DNA of 64,000 bases from the NCBI GenBank assembly GCA_021613535.1, contig CP075494.1, forward strand, positions 1,860,001 through 1,924,000. Reading direction: 5' to 3'. The notes under the pieces are model-generated. The model made no database searches. It had not been told where the DNA came from and saw only the letters and a program-made list of their open reading frames with translations. The position numbers and the translations under genes are program-made. This document shows, in pieces, positions 1 through 12,917 of the stretch (positions within the stretch are counted from its first letter, which is position 1; every line of letters begins with the position of its first letter). Source of the stretch: Adineta vaga (Eukaryota; Animalia; Rotifera).

Positions 1-271
1 ACAGTAAATAGTGAGAGAATTTTTCCTTTAATTGAAAGATGATAAGATATATTCGATAGATGTGTATTTTTTTTATCCCGGGGACATGAAAGACATTAAA
101 TAATCGGTGTCAATTTGTGAAATTTTTTTTATGCAGTGTTTATTATCATGAGTAGGAGAGGTTGACTTGATCTGTTTTTTTTTGTCGTCGGACATTTTGG
201 ATTATTGCTGTATTACTGTTAGATTACACTTCTATTTCAGCCTTTCCTTTTATCGGTAGCAACGATTACAG

Positions 272-3200
272 ATGATAAATAATAAACATCCGCAACGTCT
301 ACCAGATGGTGAAAATTCCGACATAGTAACTACCACAACATTCAAGAATGATAGCAACATTACAGTGGTATGGCTAGATGAAGAAGCCATGCGTTTCGCG
401 TCACCTAACTCTCAAATTATAATTAACATGTTTCAGAAAATATGCGGCACCAATTACAAACTGTATGATCGTGTGGAATCGTTTCTTTTGGCAGTTGAAA
501 GTATGACTAAAACGATGAAAATTATAGTTGTAATGTCGGGATCATTTGCCGAGATTATTCTGCCCTAAGTTATCCGCATCTTTGTTACGTGAACTCTTGT
601 CAATATTTATATTTTGCAAAGACTACGATGGTTATAAGTATTTACTTAAAAAGTGTCGAAAAATAACTGCTATCTGCAGTGATGACGGTTCATTGAAGGA
701 GGCCATCGAGAATGAATTACAGTCATCGACAGATTTCGTTATCATGGATCAAAATTTAATACCCATATTCAGTTTAAAAGAAGAATATCAACAGTTTTTG
801 TGGTACAAACTTAATATAGAAGTATTGACCCATTATCCATGGTCGACAGATAATACACAAAGAATGCTCACTGAGTGTATTAAATATTACTGGAAGAATA
901 ATGCACAGAAGACGAATATTGAACAATTTAAAAATACATACAATCCTGACAACGCCATTGAATGGTATACAAGAGATAGTTTCCTTTATCGGCTCGTGAA
1001 TAAGGCACTTAGATCGCTAGATATGGAAGAAATTAATGTATTTCGACCTTATATCAAAGCTTTGTGTAGACAACTGGAGCAGTTGCACAAACAAAACCAA
1101 TCGGATAAACCATTAACAGTGTTTCGGGGGCATGGAAATATGACAACTTCTCAATTAGATAAAATCAAAGGAAATGTTAATGCTTTGGTATCATTCAACG
1201 GATTTTTGTCGACTTCAACTAATTATAACGTTGCAGTGATGTTTGCTGGGACTACGTCAACAGACGAAGAATCGGTAATATTTGAAATTAAAACGAATTA
1301 TAATTTAACAAATGTTGTATTTGCCGATATTTCACAATTTTTCAATATGCCGATCGAAGATGAAGTTTTATTTAGTCTCTGTTCAGTATTCAAAATCGAT
1401 AGTGCTGAACGTGACGAAGAGAATCAATTGTGGAAAATTTTAATGAGCGCATCAGATGAAGATACGCTAAATCTTTCTGATTACTTTAACAAGAAAGCCA
1501 TGGAAAAGCACCAAAGAACTGAACTTCATGTATGTCCAGAAATAGTTCGTGGAGCGGATGATGAAATCAAGCAGAAAATTGACAATGAAATAGACACGAG
1601 CGTGAGTAACAAAAAAGAAAAAAATTATCTGTTACATTGCATAGATCGAAACATTGAATGCAGAACTATCATTATAGCGTCTGTTGCAATCGTTTTCATA
1701 ATAGTAATCGGCTTAGTTGTCCTTTATGGTCTTTATTTTAAATCAACATATCAAATATCAAGCTCAGATAACTGTGAAAATATGAATTGTACGACAGTTA
1801 GTACAACAACAGGTAATGTCTATTTAAATTCGGTCTTTAGAAACATTGCCTTATCAGAGTGCGGGTGGGCATGAGTCGATGTTAAAGAAATCTACGCCCA
1901 CCCTTTAACTAAAGGCACTACTATAGAAAGAAAGTTCATGGTAAATTCTCCTTTTTTCTGTGGAGCTTTTTCAAGCATATAACTTTGTCACGATATGAAT
2001 TACCGAGGTCAATCAGAAGCAATTCTGCAAAGCGTATTTTTACTGCGTCTTGTCATTAGAGGGATAAATTTTCAATCACGTGTTTTACTAAAGAAAAAGC
2101 TGTTATTCAAATCGAATCACAGCTTGTGATCCACTCTGAAACAGAAGAAAAAATCATCGAATAATCTACTCCGGAACATAACATATCCATCTCTTCCGTG
2201 AAAACTGTGAATGATAAAATACTCTTACAAAAACAATTGTTGCTGAAATTATGTATTAATAAACTTATGAGCGTAAAATAATGAATGAACGATCCTCCTT
2301 AAAGCTCGGTATAATAATCTGTTTTAATAGTCATGCAACATTCTTACTTTTATGCATTCTTGTTTTCTGTAAACCTTTCGATTTATAAATCTTTTAAGGA
2401 TCTAGAAAAAAGTATACTTAGAGTAAAGATATATTATTCTATTCTTTTTTTTACAGTGAAGAATGGAGTGACTGTTGCTGGAGGTCATGGGCCAGGCAAC
2501 GCTACCAATCAACTCAACTCTCCTTTTGGTCTGTTCGTTGACGATAATCAAACGATAATTATCGCTGATTGGGGTAACGCTCGTATTATCCAATGGAGAA
2601 TAAATGATACCAATGGACAAGTAGTTGCTGGTGGTCATGGCGACGGAGATCGACTGGATCAATTGAAAGGTCCAGTCGATGTGTTGATCGACAAAGAGAC
2701 GAATAGTCTCATTATTTGTGATCGTTGGAATCGACGAGTGGTAAAATGGTCTCGTCGATATGGAACAACTGAGGGAGAAATCCTTCTTGACAACGTCTTC
2801 TGTGGCGGATTGGCTATGGATGATCAAAGATATCTCTACGTCTCTGACACCGGGAATGATGAAATCAGAAAATATCAAATAGGTAACAAGAATGGGACTG
2901 TCGTGGCCGGTGGTCATGGCACCGGCAATGGTACCAATCAACTCAGTAGTCCATACTGTTTCTTTGTTGATCGACAACAGAATGTCTATGTGTCAGACAC
3001 CGGCAATCATCGTGTAATGAAATGGAATAAAAATGCAAAAGAAGGACTTGTCGTCGTTAGAAGTGAAGGTATAGGAGATGCCATAGTGCAATTGGCGATA
3101 CCTGCCGGACTGTTCGTCGATGCGTTGGGTATTCTCTATGTGGTAGATGGACGCAGTGATCGAGTGATGCGCTGGTATAACGCAACGACACGAGGCACTG

Positions 3201-3337
3201 TTATTGCAGGTGGAAATGGCCAAGGAGAAGGACCAAATCAATTTAATGGTCCCGATGATTTGGCCTTCGATGGACATGGCAATTTTTACGTCGTCGACAC
3301 TGGGAATAATCGTGTTCAACGATTCTCAATCGATTAG
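272..3337 (+). CDS. Single-pass membrane protein: receiver-like N-terminus, ART (R-S-E class ADP-ribosyltransferase), TM helix, Thr-rich stalk, NHL beta-propeller. Two exons (272-1812, 2457-3337) with a +1 frameshift near 565
   Basis: ART motifs WYTRDSFLYRLVNKALR, VFRG, FLSTS and EDEVLF. Hydrophobic stretch IIIASVAIVFIIVIGLVVLYGLYF. The donor ag|gtaatg at 1813 and acceptor tttacag| at 2456 are phase-compatible. NHL repeats (VAGGHG..QL..P..LFVD..YVSDTGNHRV). ORFs 272-568 and 546-1874 join if one C is removed from ctgccctaag. Confidence 0.85.
1855..1908. repeat. Telomere-repeat fold-back element, degenerate (intron of the ART-NHL gene)
   Basis: gagtgcgggtgggc ... gcccacccttta. Confidence 0.5.
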
Positions 3338-3407
3338 ACTCTTCTGTGTAGATAATTTTTTTGTTTTTCTTCTCAAATACATCACCTTGTATAAAAAAAA
3401 GAAATAA

Positions 3408-3473
3408 TTAGAGGATGTGGGTGTAGATATAGTGTTTAAGTTCTCTCTCGTCTTCACTCACTCACACCCTCAA
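3408..3473. repeat. Telomere-repeat fold-back element
   Basis: gaggatgtgggtgt ... ctcactcacaccctcaa. Confidence 0.75.
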
Positions 3474-4157
3474 TTTAACGACTTGTTTATGATTTTCTAA
3501 AGCTTGTAAATATTCGCCTTTTTCTCTATATATTCTTCCGAGTTCATTTTTAACTCTTATTATATCAGAATGATCGGATAGTAGTTCATTAAGTATTAAA
3601 GTATAAAATTCTTCAGCCTTATCTAAATCACCCTTGTCGAATAGAAACCGAGCTAATATCAAAATATCTGCTGTTTCATCAAGTTCAGATTTTAATCTGT
3701 CAATATGAGTGCATTTCTTGTTCACATAAAGTTAAGTTAACAACCCATAAATTATCGCTATATTGTTCGACGGAATCGATTCGAAATATAGTTCCAAGTG
3801 TGAATAAGACTTCATTTTCTGTTTTATAGAAGGTATATTCTTGTATCTTAGCAAATGGTTTTGTTGAAACTTCTACAGAACATTCAATTTCAAATAGAAT
3901 TGGTGCAATTAATGGTCGACCAATTCCACCACCAGCAAAATCTACAGAAAGATTGAAAGACATATAGACATGGAACCTTAATCCTTGTCATCGATAAACA
4001 GTTAAAGTTAAAGTATTTTTCAATCCATGAATATATTTCACATGCAAGTCAACTAAGCGATTATGAAGATCAACGAGAACGAAGCGAAATTGAAATATAG
4101 TAGCAATGTATCTCGTTCTTAATGCTCGGTTTAATAAACGATAAAGAAATGCTTCAC
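3474..4157 (-). pseudogene. Internal fragment of an ART-TPR gene with stops, frameshifts and a deletion
   Basis: EAFLYRLLNRALR, ILFEIEC..KPFA.I..ENEVLFTLGTIFRI and the TPR-like GDLDKAEEFY..NELGRIY..KGEYLQALE lie in three different ORFs. Both ends abut telomere-repeat elements. Confidence 0.85.
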
Positions 4158-4231
4158 ATCTTGAGAGTGTGGGGGTGGGAATCTCCTCTTCTTTCACACT
4201 CACACCCTCACCCACACCCCCACCCCTCAAG
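4158..4231. repeat. Telomere-repeat fold-back element (shared-spacer subfamily)
   Basis: atcttgagagtgtggg ... atctcctcttctttcac ... cccctcaag. Confidence 0.9.
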
Positions 4232-5622
4232 TAGTAATGTTATCATCGACAGTTCTGATTTATATTAGTAGATTGACTTTTAAGAATATTCTTTTCCATA
4301 AACTAAATTATCAAATTTGTTGTTGTAAACACATTATTCGCTGTTTATTGCTTTTAATAAATGAACTTAAATAAAAATAAAATTGAGTATAATTATCAAT
4401 CCTGTAAGGATGAGTTAACAAAAGCAAATTTGATTGTATAGAAATATAAACTCATATTTTAATTGTGTAAATTGTTTAATATGAAAATAAGAAAAGTAGA
4501 TTTGTGATTGACCAAGTATATTAAAATCATCAAATAGTGTAAGAAAGATAATTTATTTTAATCGAATATTTTTACAAATTAATTTAAAATATCATTTTTT
4601 ATTGGTTGAAAATTGTGATCAAGAATACAATAGTTATAGTAATGTCATATATTTCAAAAACTAGAGATATGACTTAGAATGAAATATGTTATCTCGATTA
4701 AAATTTATTTTCTAAAAAAGAATTTAATTTTTAATACGTCCAAGTGCAAGATCTCTTATAATACCTTTTTTAATAAATTCTGTAAATTATAAGTTTATAA
4801 TCATTATTTGTATCTGATTTATCAGTATTAGATAGATTAAATACTCCAGGTACTTCTTCTATTGCATTTTCTATCATAAGAAATACTCGAACTATTTTAA
4901 TAAAATCATCTAAGGGTAATGTTTCTTTTTTAAGTGTAGTTGTTATTTGTTCAAAAAACTTTTCTTCTAACATGTACGCATTGTTGATTTATTTTACCGT
5001 TGCCAAGAATTTCATATTTATCAGTCATTGTAACAAAATACCAATAATATAATATATGTATCAAGAAAAGAAACATTGTAATCGGTCGTTCGTTGGTAAA
5101 GAGAAGAATGTCTTTCGAATGTGAGAAAATATAGTGTGAGTTGTGACAGAGTGATGATTGTTGAAGCTTGTTAACAACTATAGCGTTGAATCGTAGATCT
5201 TCTGTTTGAGAATATTGATTTAATATGAATAATGACGATATGATCAGTAATAGATTGTGATTCTGCTTGAAAATATTCCTTAGGATATAAAATAATCAAA
5301 ACGTAAAAGATATTTCATATTGACCTGATCAATATTTGAGTAAATAGGATAAAGTATCGCTTAACACCCACACCCTCATCCGATGCAAAAATTATAAGAT
5401 TAATTAGAAAAATTTCGAACCTCGATGAATTCATTATGTATACTGAGCAAGGACATCTCACGGTTGCAAGTTGTCACCTAGTAGCATGACTTTATCTATA
5501 AGTATTTTCTTCTTAACAGCAAATAAACGAGTATATCATACGTGATATCAATTTAAAATGCTTATTTCACAGCTGTTTATGAAAAATGAGAAAAAAAATG
5601 CATTGTTGAAAAGAATACATAC

Positions 5623-8600
5623 ATGCACAATAATTTTCTCAAAAGAATGATTGAAGCAAACCCATCAAAAGTTATGTCCAAGTCGAGTGTTGACAAAAGA
5701 TTATACCAGTATTTGATTAAAGTGAATTTATATCAATACAAAGAGAATTTAATTCATGTTGATCAGCTTATTGCCACTTGTGTATATATTGGTCTTCTCA
5801 TTACTTTTCTATGTGCTTTAGTTCTCTATATTGGTCTAACTGTAGAAACACATACTGTCACTGTTGATTTTCCATCAGTAGCTCAATTCGAAATACTCTC
5901 TAATCAATATCCATCAACACTCTCATGTCTGTGCTCCCGAATGGCTATTCCCTACAATAAATTTCTCTCATTCAATCCAGAATATCATCAAGTGTGTTCA
6001 AGTGATTTTGTCTCACAATCATGGATTTCATCGTTATTTTCAAACAATCCAAGTAATTATTATCCTCTTGATTTTCATACTAGTGCTTCATCTCAATTCG
6101 AAGTACTCGCTTTACTCTGTCAAACAATAGCTGAATCTGTTTCAGAAGCTCTTCAACAATCTGGAATGAAAGAGTTGATAACAATTCGAGCTCTATCAAA
6201 ACGAACTTTTACAGTTCAATCTGTAGCGCTTCTACAACAAATACAGATGACAACGATTGCTAATATAAAACGTGTTGATAAATTTGTTTCGCTTAGCATT
6301 TCTCAAAATTATCTCATGACAGCATTAAAAACAGATGCATATATTGTCGCTGAGGTTGGAGGCACAACTGCTTCCATTTATCGAAGAAAATATTCACTGA
6401 ACAAAACCCAAAATGGTGCGATTACTCTTACAGCAGAACCGATTTGTTCTTGTGAATTTACATCGAGATGTACCTCTCAATCAAGTTTCTTCAATTATAC
6501 AATACTAAATCCTTACCCGACTAGCTTTCATGCAGACCCACCGCTCTTATTCTCGGTACCAGGCATGTTAGCAGGATGTATTCCTCGTTATTCTATGCTT
6601 CAATCAACGCTGGAATGTTTCTACAGCTCAACATGTCTCTATATGGTAATGAAATTTACAGGTATAACATCATATTATCGTTCCCTTAATACTACCATTC
6701 ATTCTCGATTCAAACAAAATACAACTATTGAATCTATGTTTGATGATCTTCTTATTGAACAATGGCACAATGCGAGTGACTTTAATACTTATTATAATGA
6801 ATGTGCTCCAGCTACTTGTTCATATATCTATACGGAGAGGCTGAATATCGTTCATATGCTCATCACTATATTAGGTCTTGTTGGTGGACTTACAACTACA
6901 CTTCACTTGTTTTCACCATTCTTTGTCAAGCACATATTTCGTAGAATGCAAAAGATCTGCTGTTGTCGAACACGAAACAAATCACAAATGTCATCAGCTA
7001 ACAATCAAGCCCTAACGAAAAGTAAGCATGAGAAAATACTAGCTTTCGCCATATCTCAACAGACAGGTGCATCTTAAGGGTGTGGGTGTGGGTGAGGATG
7101 AGCGTGTAGGTATTTAAAACTATTATACTGCCATCCACCCTCACTCACACCCGCCCTCAAGATTTAACGTTATAATAGATATAGGAATTCGTATCATCAT
7201 GATAATGTGTCGAATCTGGAAACGAATTGCTGGTTTGAACATATTTAAAAAACCATCGGCCTCTTTGTTCGATGTACAAAAAGGTATCTGGGCGACACGT
7301 GCCTATTTGATCCTATTCATTATCAGTATCAACGTTTTGATCATTTATTCTTCAATGACATTACATACAGTTAGTAAAACCTTACATAATCCAACTCAAA
7401 ATCAATTTGAACAAATTACTACACAATATGCATCGACACTTTCTTGTCCGTGTACACATCTTTCCGTATCTTACTCAAGCATCATGACGATTCGACCTCG
7501 TTTTCATCAGGTTTGCGCTAGCCATTTTGTTCAAAATGATCGTTGGCTATTGTATTTTAAGTACACAGTGAAAAAAAATAACACATCAGGAACTCTTTAC
7601 AGTTCTCTACTCGATTTTCGTGATGCAGTAGGTCAATCACTTTTCATACTCATGCAAACTCTTTGTCAATTGGCCAACGAGACAATAACTAATGCCATTA
7701 ACATTTTCAATGGTACACAACTAGTGAGTTCTGAACCATTACCAAAAGATTATTTCGATGCACAAACATCATTGATTCTTCAGCAATTCGAACAACAGGT
7801 TAGAATATCTTGAGAGTGTGGGTATCGGTTATAATGACTTGTTCTTCGTTTACACTAAAAATGTGACAGCTAATAGTTCAGTTCTGTGATCGAGAATTGT
7901 CACACGTCTAGTTTATATATACACTCATTATGACTTACTTCAATCTACTAAAATCCATCATAGTCTGCCGTAATTAATCAAAAATCGATTAGGGTTACGA
8001 CAAGCTGTAATCTATGTAGTACATGTGGGTCTCGATAAATCGTATAGGATCTTGACATATCTTCAACCATTGAAATTCTCCTGCATGACTATCCTCTGAG
8101 CTCATTTTTCTCATTCTTTTCAAAAAATTCTAAACTAATTCTATCATTCTTGTTTTTGCCTGCATAGACAATTGCATCTTTTCGATCTTTATTAACACTT
8201 ATACGTACTACCATCGAAGATAATCAATTTTTTGTCAGTCAAAATACGAACTTAAAGATAGCTACATACACATTGAATGGTCAGTCAATGTTATATTATA
8301 AGCCTAAAACATACAACCAAAACGACAATACGACTTGTTCATGTAGTATAAGCAACTTGTGTACTCATCCGCAAGGTTTCTATTGTATAAGCAAAGAATG
8401 TCGCCATAGTGATTCTTTACCGGCCCAGACCATTCCTGGTTTGGTGTTTAGTTGTGTTCCATTTAATTCACTTTTATTTTCGACACTTGAATGTCTATAC
8501 AATCAATCATGTATTCAAATGTTATTAGACTGGCGTCTCTTTGAATTTGAACCATTCTATGAACCAATATCGTTGAACATTACAGCACTTGATCCACATT

Positions 8601-10347
8601 TACCTAGTCAATTCTTTCCTACAACACCAATGAACATAATTGTTTCACAAATGTTAGTCGAGGAATGGATCAATACGACAAATATCACATCACATTATGA
8701 ACAATGTAAACCTAATCTTTGCACATACACATATATTCAACGTTTTGATACTTCTTATATTGTCTCCAGTATACTTGGTCTTTGTGGTGGTCTCAATATT
8801 GTGCTTAAATTAATTGTACCAATTATCATTAAATTTATTATGCAACGATTACAAATGCAATGGATTCGTCGATATAGAAAATGGAGAAATAAAACGCGTA
8901 AGTTAAATATATCTATACCATAATCTAAATAACCATCTTGTAAAATATATATAACATATCAACTGGACGTAGATTTAATATAAAAACAAATTCTATTTAT
9001 TAATAGATTTTTTAGATGCCTCACTACGTTAAGAATATAATGTTTCATTGTTTTTAAGGTTCTTCTCAAACAATAAGTAATAATTATCAAAAGAAGAATA
9101 ACCACTCGTTGTTTGTACGTACTTGGAAAAAACTTGCATCATTGAATCTATTCTATAATGAAGTAACTAATCCAATATTAGTCACTCGCATATATATTGT
9201 TCTGCTCGCCATTTTGTTTGCCATTATTTTATTACTTACGAGTCTTGGCGAACAAACACATTCGTTTACCGTTGCATCACCATCTGAATCAACATTCGAA
9301 TCACTTTATAAGCAATATGGAGCTAAAACTCTTTCATGTCCATGTACTCAGAACTCTATTCGTTATTCAACATTCGTTTCCATATCAGCTACCTATCATC
9401 AGGTGTGTCAAAGTGTATTCATTTCATTAGATTGGTGGGAACTGGTATGGGCTACAGGTTCTATACCTCGTCTCAAAGATCAATCATTGCTCAGTGCATA
9501 TTTTCGTATGTTATCTTCATTTTGTATAATGTCCAAACAAACAGTTAATAATGAATTAAGCGCCTTTCTTTCGAATGAATTTGTCAGTGTCGAAACGGCA
9601 TCACGCAGTTTATTTCAACATGAAATTGAAACATCTGCAAATAGATTCATTGAACACACTCCACGTACATTTCGTCGTATCGTCAAAGTTATTAGCGATT
9701 CATTCCGTTCAAATCAATTACAACATATGTTTCTCACAACTTGGAAACCTGCATATACCACAGCTATTGAAAACAATGTTTTGGCAATGATTCCTCAAAC
9801 TTATGATAACAATATGTGTATATGCGCTGCATCGATAATACCTCAATGTTCAAGACAACTCCTTTTCATTTCTAAGAATGAAAATCCACCAAAAACAATA
9901 ATGCTATCTGGTTTTGTAAGTGGATGTTTACCTATAGATGGATTGCGTCTATCAACACTCGAATGTTTGTTTGATTCAATATGTTTGGCTAAGCTTATGA
10001 CAGTTCTCAATAGTTCTATGATTCCCATTCCGCTCAATAAGTCAATGTCTGGTCGTTTTTCAAATACGATGACTACATTAAACTTAATTATCGACCAATT
10101 ATTTGTTGAAGACTGGATTAAATTATCCAACTATTCAAATTACTATCAAGCATGTTCACCACTATGCCGATATACTTATGTTAGTCGCAATTCTATTATT
10201 TATATGATTACATATTTATTGAGTTTATATGGTGGTGTAACGATTACTCTTCGATTTATCATTTCACAAGGGTTTAATCAATTTCAAAAGATACGGCAAT
10301 GGTGTATGAATAAACGCAATCAAAGAAAAAAGGTTACTCCCCGATAA
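5623..10347 (+). CDS. ~1345-aa membrane protein of three tandem units (TM - Cys-rich loop - TM). Exons 5623-7021, 7179-7798, 8168-8897, 9059-10347
   Basis: Each unit carries LSC(P/L)C, (Y/F)HQVC.S.F, GC/SC.P..L.STLEC, a C.P..C.Y.Y-like motif and (G/S)L.GG. All three GT-AG junctions are phase-compatible and the summed exon length of 4038 nt is divisible by 3. Confidence 0.85.
7071..7163. repeat. Telomere-repeat fold-back element (intronic)
   Basis: atcttaagggtgtgggtgtggg ... cacacccgccctcaagat. Confidence 0.9.
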
Positions 10348-10768
10348 CATGCTCTATATCTTGATCGTTCATAACAAAAATAAATATCGTTTTTTGTGTG
10401 TGTTTCTATTTAACAAGTAATGTTCATCGTTTCGACTCACTTAACCCTCGACTGTGGAAGGTCGAAGTATTTTTTTCGTCTATCAATAAAGAAACGAGTT
10501 AACCTAGCAACTTTATATGAAGATGCTGTGTAAAGTTTTTTGCTTAAATCATAGCTTTCGAAAACAAAATAGTCAATCATTTTTGTATTTGTAAAATCGT
10601 TTGGGTTAAAACAGTATGTTTTATACAAGGCACATAATATCACATGATATCGCATTTAACGACTCACCCCCACAATCACGGTATCGCACTTGAGAATCCT
10701 TATATATTGAAATTCTTGACCTACGACTTGCGTCAGACAAACGCATTTCAACACAATACCCTGCTTTC

Positions 10769-10845
10769 ATCTTGAGGGTGTGGGTGTGGGTGTGGGTGTG
10801 GTTTTATCCTTTAACTCATACATACTCCTCACACCCACACCCTTC
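10769..10845. repeat. Telomere-repeat fold-back element
   Basis: atcttgaggg(tgtggg)3 ... cacacccacaccctt. Confidence 0.9.
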
Positions 10846-12148
10846 TAATTTTTCTCAATTCTATGCGTGTTTCTTAAGATGTATACTAACTGTTAATTCT
10901 ACGGGGAACAATAAACTTGAATATATATATATATATATATTTCAGAAATATTTTCTTTAATATGGTTCATATATTCGAATCAATTAATTACCATCAAGGT
11001 AATAAAAGAAAATAATAAATACTGTATATGATGAATGGAGACAAGGACATCTATTGAAAATTTTCTTCTTATAACTGATATAAATAAACTGTGGACTCGA
11101 GAGTTTGGCTACGCAAAGTTTGACTCACTTTGACAACCCTTATTTTATTATTTAATAAATAGAGAAAACAGTAATATAGATTACATATGTTTGTTAATTT
11201 CTTCTGATGAAAAAATACTCTGGAATTTTATATAAAATTGATTATTAAAACCTCCTATTTATACTAAACTGACTATAGGAGACTATAAATTTAATGAGAA
11301 AATAAATAAAAACACCGTCTGAATGAGAATTAATTTTAGAGTATTTCTATCGTATTTTTATCGTATGTTCGTCTTATAAAACAGATGTCACTTTGAATAG
11401 TTTATTCCATATTGATTCGATGATTTATGCACCATACGTGAATATACCATCTACAGAGAAAAAAGAGATTTGTAATATACATTGTCTTATTTTCTTATTA
11501 AACGACAATTGATAATCTACATACGGTATGAAACTATAAATATTTTATTAAAGCTGTTTTTTTTCCTTTAAATCTTTCTAGTGATAAATTTTTATAACGA
11601 CGGTAAATAGTTTCTATTTTAATAAGACTTCTTGATGTATTTTCAATGAAGAAAGAGAACACGTATGTTTTAGAAGAAAGAAAGAACGAGAAGAAACATA
11701 GACGACATATATACACGTGTCGTATATAACCAAATGATAGGAAAAACACCCAACAACAGACTAAGAATATAATAGGGATTGTTCGATTAAATGATTAGAA
11801 GAAAATTTTATCTGAAATCTGTACTGAATAATAAATATTCATTGAAAAAAGAATTCTTTTCTTTATAATAACAGAAAATACATGTACCATCTTTATTGGA
11901 TTATTTTCTGATGAAATCAAAGAAGTAATATCTTTATTCAGGTATCATTTATTATTCAAGAAAAGTACATTACCTGTTGATAATCATCTTTTATTTAATA
12001 GCAGAGTACTCAGAATCAGTTAGTGATTTAAAATAGCGTACAAGTACTGTCCTAATACAACAATTATTTTCTTCTTTATCAATTCGTTTTCTTTACTTCG
12101 TTTTTTAAAGGTCTTTCAAAGTCTACGATCGTCTACCATTATACTACA

Positions 12149-12415
12149 ATGCCTGGTAAACTTTTGGGTCGTTTTTCTCAATCGTATAACAAAGCAATTA
12201 TCGATATTACGGTAGACAACGCAATATTTTCTGGAACATCTTGTCCACTCACATGGATAGAAGATCATGCTTTTCATTACCTACATAATGGTGACTTCTG
12301 GTATTACATACGAAATGGAAATAGTTATGAAGTTATTAAACATGGTGCTAATACAGACGATCATAAAATACATCTTGAAGGTAAGCATGATGATTTGTTA
12401 AGGAGCACACTATGA
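12149..12415 (+). CDS. Small 88-aa His/aromatic-rich protein of unknown function
   Basis: ATG-initiated ORF with protein-like composition, preceded by a splice-acceptor-like ttttttaaag|. No recognisable family motif. Confidence 0.5.
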   Translation: MPGKLLGRFSQSYNKAIIDITVDNAIFSGTSCPLTWIEDHAFHYLHNGDFWYYIRNGNSYEVIKHGANTDDHKIHLEGKHDDLLRSTL

Positions 12416-12917
12416 TCATGAGTTCGATCTTATTTAATAATCTCATCAGACAGTAGTTTAGATTTTTATAGAAAAGAACGAAAGTAAATGTGCTCCGTTG
12501 TTTTTTTTTAAATAGTCAGGATAGGATTTCAACAAGATTAGATCATTGTCTAAAGTATTCTTTCACATCATTGAGCATTAAGTCATTTTTATTTACAATA
12601 AAACAACAATTATGAAATGTTAACGAGCCAGCAGGCATGTTCAGAAAATCGACTTGTCTTTAATACTTGTTATTTTGTGAAAGAAGCAATCGTTTTGACT
12701 AAGGCTATTGTAGGTTGCTCTAAAGATCATCAGATTTTTTGTGGTCTTATCAGGTTCTTCTTGCGGACAAAATGTCAGCTAAAAACGTTCTTTTTATCGG
12801 ATCTAAACTAGTTCTATTCTTTAAAATTACGTTATTGTTTTTTTGAAATAATCAACATACAATTTCTATCAGTCTATTTTGTTTTATTAAGCGAAACACT
12901 CTTTCTATTTTTTTCTG

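Noticed and set aside
2402-3319. Minus-strand ORFs opposite the NHL exon, and similar shadow ORFs at 17620-17841, 17739-18029, 21479-21760, 41606-42121, 46222-46635 and 48184-48660
   Set aside because: They are antisense or alternate-frame by-products of real exons or repeats (poly-Q and poly-V come from Thr codons) and have no independent motifs.
7071-7163. Telomere-repeat elements as Helitrons (A|TC...|T insertion)
   Set aside because: The 5' TC after A fits, but the 3' end is CAAGA rather than CTRR and the ends are symmetric inverted repeats.
10772-10960. Short ORFs with WVWVW, HPHPH or THTHT runs (also 19395, 22185, 31913, 39066, 39156, 54591)
   Set aside because: They are translations of the telomere-type repeats, not proteins.
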